Source of the DNA: Candidatus Poribacteria bacterium
Lineage (GTDB): Bacteria > Poribacteria > WGA-4E > PCPOR2b
Direction of reading: 5' to 3'
Length of the DNA: 64,000 bases
Assembly: GCA_965215015.1 (NCBI GenBank)
Contig: OZ244042.1
Location: forward strand, 5,088,001 to 5,152,000
The position numbers were made by a program, and so were the translations under genes. The notes under the pieces were generated by a model. The model had not been told where the DNA came from. It searched no databases and saw nothing but the letters and a program-made list of their open reading frames with translations. Below, in pieces: positions 57,897 to 64,000 of the stretch (position 1 is its first letter; every line of letters starts with the position of its first letter).

Positions 57897-60248
57897 TTAT
57901 AATCCAGAACCGTTACTGGACCTCTCCTTCTCCTTCCACGCTTTGACAACCTTTTCTGGAGTTAGCGGCTGCTCCCAAATACGCACACCAATCGCGTCAT
58001 AAATCGCGTTGCCGATTGCGGGCGACGTGGGCACCACGACGATTTCACCGGCCCCTTTGGCACCGTAGGGGCCATGCTGGTGCGGGACTTCGACGATAAT
58101 CGACTCCATATATTCGTTCAACGGCATCTCAACGATGGAGGGAATCTTATAGTCCATCAAACTGGCGTTGGTCATCTGTCCACTTGCATCAAAGCACATG
58201 TCCTCGTGCAGCGCGATACCGATACCCATACACCCGCCGCCATAGTTCTGCATTTCGACCCCCTGCGGATTCATCGCCTTGCCGACATCAATCGCGGAGA
58301 CAAACTTCCGAATGCGTACCTGCCCCGTTTCAACGTTGACCTCGACTTCGGCTGCTTGGGCACCGTGTCCCATGTAAGCCATGGGTTGCTCGCCTTGTCC
58401 AGTGTTCGGGTCATGCGGACTCGCGCTGACTTCCCATGTTGCTTTGCCGATGACCTCGACGTCCGCCGGCCGTTTGCCCGCCAGCATCTCCACCACGAAC
58501 AAATCTTCAACTTCAATGGCCTTAGAAGAACCTTTAACGAAGATACGTCCACCGGAAACCTCTAAGTCGTCCGGATGCGCTTCCAACTTGGGTGCGGCGA
58601 GCTCCCGTATCTGGCGTTTCGCATCGTCACACGCCATCCGGGTGGCATTGCCGGTGTGGAAGGTCTGCCGACTGGAACCGGCGACATGGTCGAAGGGCGT
58701 GATCGCGGTGTCCGGGGTGACCAGTTTGACCTGATCAATCTCGATTCCGAACTCATCGGCGACGATTTGCGTGAGAATGGTATAAGCGCCCTGCCCCAAA
58801 TCGACCGCACTGGTTCGCAGTTCGCAGGAAGCATCCTCATGGACCTTTAACTCCGTACTAGAAGCGGTCGGCGCAAAAGAATATTTATTACCTAAAGCGA
58901 TGCCCTTTCCGCGATACCACGGGAATCTCAGCGGTTCAGAGGGGGTTTTCCACTCAATTGCATCAGCGCATTTGGTCAGGCATTCGTGGGCACTGAACGC
59001 ATGGGCGGGCATGGTGATAGCGGTACGCTCGCCTTCGGTCAGCAGGTTATTTATACGCAGTTCAACAGCGTCAATGTCACATTTCCTCGCAATGATGTCC
59101 ATCTGCGTTTCGACCGCCCAAGCGGACTCCGCGCAGCCGTAACCTCGCAACGCACCACCAGAGACGCGGTTGGTATAAACGCCGTAAGAATCTACCCAGA
59201 GTGCAGCTAAACGGTAGGAGCCGGGATAGAGATGCGTGGAGAAAATCGGTTTGAGAATTCCCTCGCCGCTATAACCGCCGCCCCAGAGAATAGAGGTTAC
59301 TTTCCGACCAATCAGGAGGCCATCCCTGGTCACAGCATCTTTTATATCAAAGATGAACGGCGTGCGTGCCGCCGTGGCGGAGAGGTCTTCGGCACGGGTT
59401 AAGATAATTTTGACGGGACGCCGAGCTTTACGGGCAAGTGCAGCGGCGATAGCACCCTCTTTGACTGTCAATTTACCTCCGAAGGCACCACCGACAAATG
59501 GAACGATAACGCGAACTTTGGAGGGCGATAAATCAAGGGCCTTCGCTAAACCATCACGGGCGATGTATGGCGATTGGCCCCCTGCCCAGAGGGTAAGTGT
59601 GCCATCGGAACTCCATTGGGCCACTGCGCCATGGGGCTCCATACAGGCGGTGTGGACATAACCAGTTGCATAACGGTTCTCGATGATTTGTCCGCCTTCG
59701 TCCTCCGCTTTTTTGAACGCGGCGTCAATGTCGCCGTGCCGGATGCGGTACGCCTGCCACAGGTTGGGCGGCCGCTCGTCCATTTCGGCGAGTTCAAGGA
59801 GTTTTTCATACTCTTCGTATTCTTCGTGCAGCACCACCGGTGGGTCTAACTTAATCGCTTCCTCCGGGTCAAAGAGGGGAGGAAGCTCTTCGTATTCGAC
59901 CTCAATCTGTTCACAGGCCGCCCGCGCAATCTCCGGGGTATCCGCAGCGACCGCAGCGACAGGTTCACCGACAAGGCGCGTTTTGTCGTGGGCAAGTAAA
60001 TGCTCATCCAACGTGAGGATGCCGAGCCGTATGTCGGGTAGATCGGCAGCGGTAATCACAGCGCGGACACCGGGCATCTGTTCCGCTTTGCTGGTATCAA
60101 TTCCCACAATCCTTGCATGTGCAAACGGGCTGCGTTTCAGCTTGGCATGAATCATACGAGGCAGCACGATGTCGGTTGTGAATTGTGCAGTTCCAGTTAC
60201 TTTCTCTATGCCATCAATGCGTTTAGCAGAAGTTCCAACAACGTTCAT
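57897..60248 (-). CDS. Xanthine dehydrogenase family molybdopterin-binding large subunit
   Basis: KVTG, MEPH, VGGAFGGK, ALRGYG, DLGQG, GSSR, GAKGAGE. Confidence 0.93.
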   Translation of the reverse strand: MNVVGTSAKRIDGIEKVTGTAQFTTDIVLPRMIHAKLKRSPFAHARIVGIDTSKAEQMPGVRAVITAADLPDIRLGILTLDEHLLAHDKTRLVGEPVAAVAADTPEIARAACEQIEVEYEELPPLFDPEEAIKLDPPVVLHEEYEEYEKLLELAEMDERPPNLWQAYRIRHGDIDAAFKKAEDEGGQIIENRYATGYVHTACMEPHGAVAQWSSDGTLTLWAGGQSPYIARDGLAKALDLSPSKVRVIVPFVGGAFGGKLTVKEGAIAAALARKARRPVKIILTRAEDLSATAARTPFIFDIKDAVTRDGLLIGRKVTSILWGGGYSGEGILKPIFSTHLYPGSYRLAALWVDSYGVYTNRVSGGALRGYGCAESAWAVETQMDIIARKCDIDAVELRINNLLTEGERTAITMPAHAFSAHECLTKCADAIEWKTPSEPLRFPWYRGKGIALGNKYSFAPTASSTELKVHEDASCELRTSAVDLGQGAYTILTQIVADEFGIEIDQVKLVTPDTAITPFDHVAGSSRQTFHTGNATRMACDDAKRQIRELAAPKLEAHPDDLEVSGGRIFVKGSSKAIEVEDLFVVEMLAGKRPADVEVIGKATWEVSASPHDPNTGQGEQPMAYMGHGAQAAEVEVNVETGQVRIRKFVSAIDVGKAMNPQGVEMQNYGGGCMGIGIALHEDMCFDASGQMTNASLMDYKIPSIVEMPLNEYMESIIVEVPHQHGPYGAKGAGEIVVVPTSPAIGNAIYDAIGVRIWEQPLTPEKVVKAWKEKERSSNGSGL

Positions 60249-60252
60249 ATTA

Positions 60253-60723
60253 TTATTCCTCCTTCTCCCCTACAACGCTCAAAATCGCTTGCGTTGCGTG
60301 CGTGTAGACCCCGCAGCGGCAGAGATTCCCCACAAACGCAGAGCGGATGTCTTCCTCAGTTGGATTCGGGTTCTCATCTAGCAACTGCTTTGCTGTCAGC
60401 AGCATCCCCGGTGTACAATAACCACACTGCACAGCACCGTGCTCAAGAAACGCACTTTGCAACGGATGCAGTGCATCGGGGGAGCCCAGGCCCTCTATGG
60501 TCAAGACCGATTTCCCTTTTGCCTGTAGCCCAAGCGTCAGACACGATTTCACCAGCTGCCCGTCAAGCAGTACTGTGCAGGTCCCGCACCGCCCATCCTC
60601 ACAAGCACACTTAGTCCCCGTTAGCCCGATTCCATCGCGAATCGCCTCCATCAAGGTGTGGTAGGGTTCAACGAGGATGTCATAGTTTTCATCATTGACT
60701 GTCAACGATAATGGGTATTTCAT
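60253..60723 (-). CDS. [2Fe-2S] small subunit (CoxS/XdhC-like)
   Basis: TGTKCACEDGRCGTC, QCGYCTPG, NLCRC. Confidence 0.93.
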   Translation of the reverse strand: MKYPLSLTVNDENYDILVEPYHTLMEAIRDGIGLTGTKCACEDGRCGTCTVLLDGQLVKSCLTLGLQAKGKSVLTIEGLGSPDALHPLQSAFLEHGAVQCGYCTPGMLLTAKQLLDENPNPTEEDIRSAFVGNLCRCGVYTHATQAILSVVGEKEE

Positions 60724-60783
60724 TAAAACGCCTCCAAATAGTAAGTTATCAATCCAACTCCAATCGAAGATTCGGATTTTACG

Positions 60784-61671
60784 CTATCCTTTTAACGGTC
60801 TCAAACGATAGCAGTCGATAGCTTTCGCCAATGCTTCTTTCGTCAATACACTGACAAGGTCGGTTTTGTATTCGCTCGACGCCATCGGATCACTCGATGG
60901 TGCGACATTCGCTGCGGCGATTTCGCCGGCTTCGGTGAGTGCCCAACGCTCCCTGACGCTATTACAACCCTTCAGGCGCGCCTCTGCTGCCGGGGCGCGA
61001 ACCGGGGCACCAGAACAATTACCAACCACGATGCGGCTATCCTGAAACAGATCCGCTTCATCAAGGCTGATAAATGCGCCGACGCCCACGACAGGATAAT
61101 CGCCTGCCCGCAGAACAAACCGGCGATGGGCGGCGGCAGCTGATGTGGGATCGAATGATGGCACAACTACCTCTGTCAGTAACTCACCCGGTTCGACAGC
61201 GGTAGTAAAGGCATCGGTGACAAAATCGTGCATAGGCACAACCCGTTCACCTTCTGCACTCGCCAATTTTACCGTAGCATTCAGCGCGATCAGAATAACG
61301 GTGATGTCGCTTGCTGGATGCGCTTCACAGATTGCACCACCCAGTGTTGCGAAGTTACGAATCTGCGAATCTGCCACCTCGTTGAGGGCATCACTCAAGC
61401 CCCACAGCGTCGGATGTGTTGCACCCATGCCGTTCAAACGATTCAGTGTAACCTTGGCACCAATTTTTACACCGTCCCCCGATGTGGTTATGTCTTCTAA
61501 TCCGGAGACATGCTGGAGACTGATCAGACAGGAGGGTTGGATTAATCCATTCCGTAACAACAGTGCCATGCTCTGTCCACCTGCAACAACCTTCGCACCA
61601 TCCCCGTGCTTGGCTAGCAGTGTACAGACCTCCGATACGGTAGTCGGCTCAAGATAGTGACAATCAATCAT
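60784..61671 (-). CDS. FAD-binding medium subunit (CoxM-like)
   Basis: VAGGQS, QIRNFATLGG, HPASD. Confidence 0.9.
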   Translation of the reverse strand: MIDCHYLEPTTVSEVCTLLAKHGDGAKVVAGGQSMALLLRNGLIQPSCLISLQHVSGLEDITTSGDGVKIGAKVTLNRLNGMGATHPTLWGLSDALNEVADSQIRNFATLGGAICEAHPASDITVILIALNATVKLASAEGERVVPMHDFVTDAFTTAVEPGELLTEVVVPSFDPTSAAAAHRRFVLRAGDYPVVGVGAFISLDEADLFQDSRIVVGNCSGAPVRAPAAEARLKGCNSVRERWALTEAGEIAAANVAPSSDPMASSEYKTDLVSVLTKEALAKAIDCYRLRPLKG

Positions 61672-62485
61672 GTATTTCCTCCCTCATTTAGATGAGTTAT
61701 TGGACTTTTTGAAGAAACCCTCAATGTATCAGGGAATTTCCTATTATAACCGAAGTTGCTAGTAGTAAGCACACTCCGTATGCCGTAACCCTTGTGCAAA
61801 CGACAGAACGAGCCGACTCCTGTGTATAGACATATCCAAACCGTCTGTGTGGCGGTGCCGTGGATTGATCAATCCACGGCAAGCGGGGATTGGCTCTGAT
61901 TTTTCCGGTTTGCAACGTTTTCTATAAGCGGCAACTTGCATTATTATAAACAGATTGTATTTTTTGAAAATTGCTCAAGATTATAACACAGTTATCCTAA
62001 AAATAGAAACCCAAAAATCATCCACGCGCTTTAGTCGTGTAAGCGCGTATCCAATTCTGTTGACCCAATCGCCCGAATCTGCTATAATGGCAAAGACTTG
62101 GTTACCATGGCTAGGGGTATCTTCATATCAGCTATTCACATAAAGAAGGTCAAACCGTGATCCGAACACACTATTTGCTATTTCTTTATCGTAATTCCGA
62201 TAGGTCGAGCGAATCATCCTGCCCAACTCATCGCATTGAGTCTGCCGGGATGTCACAGATTTACAGATTAATTACCGCTCGTAGTAGATCGACAAATTCA
62301 CGGCACCCCCACCGGTATGATTTGGATATGTCTATCTAAATTGTAAGCTCTAAATTGTAAACTCTCAGCGGCGTCCAAGCCTGTAGGTTGAGATTCATAT
62401 CTCGACAAAATGCTGATTGAACCTAGACTATTGCGTAATGTTCTAGTATCTTCGATTTTGGAAAATTGACCGCCAGCAGCGCAAC

Positions 62486-62534
62486 CACAAGGGTGCCCCT
62501 ACAGGAATTGATCCAATGTAGGGGCACCCTTGTG
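62486..62534. repeat. Perfect 18-bp inverted GTAG-type REP pair
   Basis: CACAAGGGTGCCCCTACA-N13-TGTAGGGGCACCCTTGTG. Confidence 0.75.
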
Positions 62535-62619
62535 CCTGCCCAAAATACTCTCGGAACGGAGATAGGTTCAATTTGTCAAATATCAACACATCCTAGCAAC
62601 TTGCACTATTAAAATTTTT

Positions 62620-62772
62620 CGCTCATGTTAAGAAATCGTGCAACAACCCCGATTTTTCAACAAAAAACTCGGGGGCAAATACCAATCGTGTTGGACTCCG
62701 GTGTTTGGTGAATTGAGCCCAAACTGTTGCGCGATGTTCCGGGTATCTTTGTACCCTCTTTTTACATGAGCC
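62620..62772. mobile_element. 153-bp MITE with 8-bp target-site duplication
   Basis: Ends cGCTCATGTtAA ... TTtACATGAGCc, flanked on both sides by AAATTTTT (62612-62619, 62773-62780). Confidence 0.7.
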
Positions 62773-62799
62773 AAATTTTTAATATAAGGAGATGAAACT

Positions 62800-63633
62800 A
62801 TGGGAAGTCTAACAGATCAGGTCGCAATTGTCACAGGCGGTGCTCAAGGCATCGGCGGTGCAACTTCGAGACGGCTTGCCGAATCGGGTGCGAAAATCCT
62901 CATCGCCGATATGGACATTAAGACAGCACAAGCCAACGCCGAGCGGATTTGTAATGCAGACGGCGTCGCGGAAGTTATTGAGACTGATGTCTCTCGGCGG
63001 GACGACATCGAGGCGATGGTCAGCAGAGCAGTAGAACTATGGGGACGTCTCGACATCCTTGTCAACAACGCTTTCAACACCAAAGAGCCGGATGGTAGCG
63101 CGGTAGATTTATCGGAGGAGGCTTGGGACTATGCCATGAACGTTCTAGTCAAGTCCATGTTTCTGGGGGCGAAGTACGCCGTACCGGAGATCCAAAAATC
63201 TGGTAAAGGTAGTATCATCAATATCTCATCCGTCCACGGTCTGCTGATGGCTCCGAAGAAATTGGTATATGAAGCGGGTAAGTCCTCCGTCATCGGTGTC
63301 ACCCGTCAGATGGCAATCGACTTCGGACCGATGGGCATACGGGTCAATGCAATCTGCCCCGGTCATATCGTGACCGAGCGCATTGAAGCGCATTGGGCAC
63401 AGAACCCGTCGCTCCTGCGTTTCTTTGAGGCGCAATATCCGGTTCGCCGTGTCGGACGCCCGATTGACATCGCTAACGCCATCAACTTCCTCTGCTCGGA
63501 CGAAGCATCTTTCATCACAGGGCACGCCCTAGCGGTAGACGGTGGGCTGACAATTCAACTTCAGGAGGACTTCGGCGTGGGTCAGGCGCGATTTTATCAG
63601 GATCATCCGGATACCGATCTATCTTCTTATTAG
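62800..63633 (+). CDS. Short-chain dehydrogenase/reductase
   Basis: TGGAQGIG, LVNNA, NISSVHG, YEAGK, VNAICPG, VDGG. Confidence 0.92.
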   Translation: MGSLTDQVAIVTGGAQGIGGATSRRLAESGAKILIADMDIKTAQANAERICNADGVAEVIETDVSRRDDIEAMVSRAVELWGRLDILVNNAFNTKEPDGSAVDLSEEAWDYAMNVLVKSMFLGAKYAVPEIQKSGKGSIINISSVHGLLMAPKKLVYEAGKSSVIGVTRQMAIDFGPMGIRVNAICPGHIVTERIEAHWAQNPSLLRFFEAQYPVRRVGRPIDIANAINFLCSDEASFITGHALAVDGGLTIQLQEDFGVGQARFYQDHPDTDLSSY

Positions 63634-64000
63634 ATTATCTTTTCTGGCGTAATAGGGCAATTGTATATAAATTATTGCGTAGATCTTTGGTATACGACAA
63701 TCAAAATCGAATCGTAGCCGCAGCGTATATTCTCAATCTTATCGGGGCTCCCCAACGTGTGCTCGTGCCGTAACCAATACACTAATGCACGAATGAACAC
63801 ATCAGGAGTCGGCATATAGTCGTAGGTATACGCCGTATGCCGTAACCCCTCTGTGCCACGACGGGGGTTATCCCCAATTTCTGATGGGGCAATTGCCTAA
63901 TTTCTATAACAGATGCAATGCCCCTATCGAGTAATTTATACCCTTGTATTGATTGGAAATTCGTTGTATAATACGCCTGTTAATAGGCATTCTATCATTT

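Noticed and set aside
57897-60248. Aerobic CO dehydrogenase (coxL)
   Set aside because: Lacks both form I and form II active-site motifs.
7767-63850. Recurring palindromic 20-35-mers as a CRISPR array
   Set aside because: Dispersed, degenerate and in both orientations, with no regular repeat-spacer period and no cas genes.

Overview
Bacterial chromosomal window, mostly metabolic genes. The gene content (paired PhyH dioxygenases, tandem PQQ-type beta-propellers, a PNYPNP-NPETWIPYQL C-terminal sorting-domain remnant, dense GTAG-type REP/MITE repeats) suggests Candidatus Poribacteria or a relative; this is inference, not verified. Housekeeping genes: mnmA, pckA, tRNA-Phe(GAA), tRNA-Thr(CGT). 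Other content: a type II R-M pair beside a decayed UPF0175/PIN toxin-antitoxin locus; mocA/coxD/coxE-like accessory genes with a VapC remnant; two ECF sigma/anti-sigma loci; a xanthine-dehydrogenase-family molybdo-flavoprotein operon. Three standouts. (1) 51.4-58.0 kb: an ECF-sigma-linked array of four paralogous membrane-anchored proteins alternating with small secreted Cys-containing proteins. It shows mosaic (gene-conversion-like) copies, a triplicated ECF promoter, a duplicated hairpin leader and a duplicated 3' end of the flanking gene. (2) 38.2-42.8 kb: a sigma-54 activator with an N-terminal Rieske [2Fe-2S] domain, divergent from a Rieske-domain protein, with a clear -24/-12 promoter and three palindromic enhancer sites. 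(3) Nested, modular REP/MITE composite repeats across many intergenic regions. No CRISPR array, rRNA or intact transposase/integrase was seen. All comparisons were made by eye; no searches were run.
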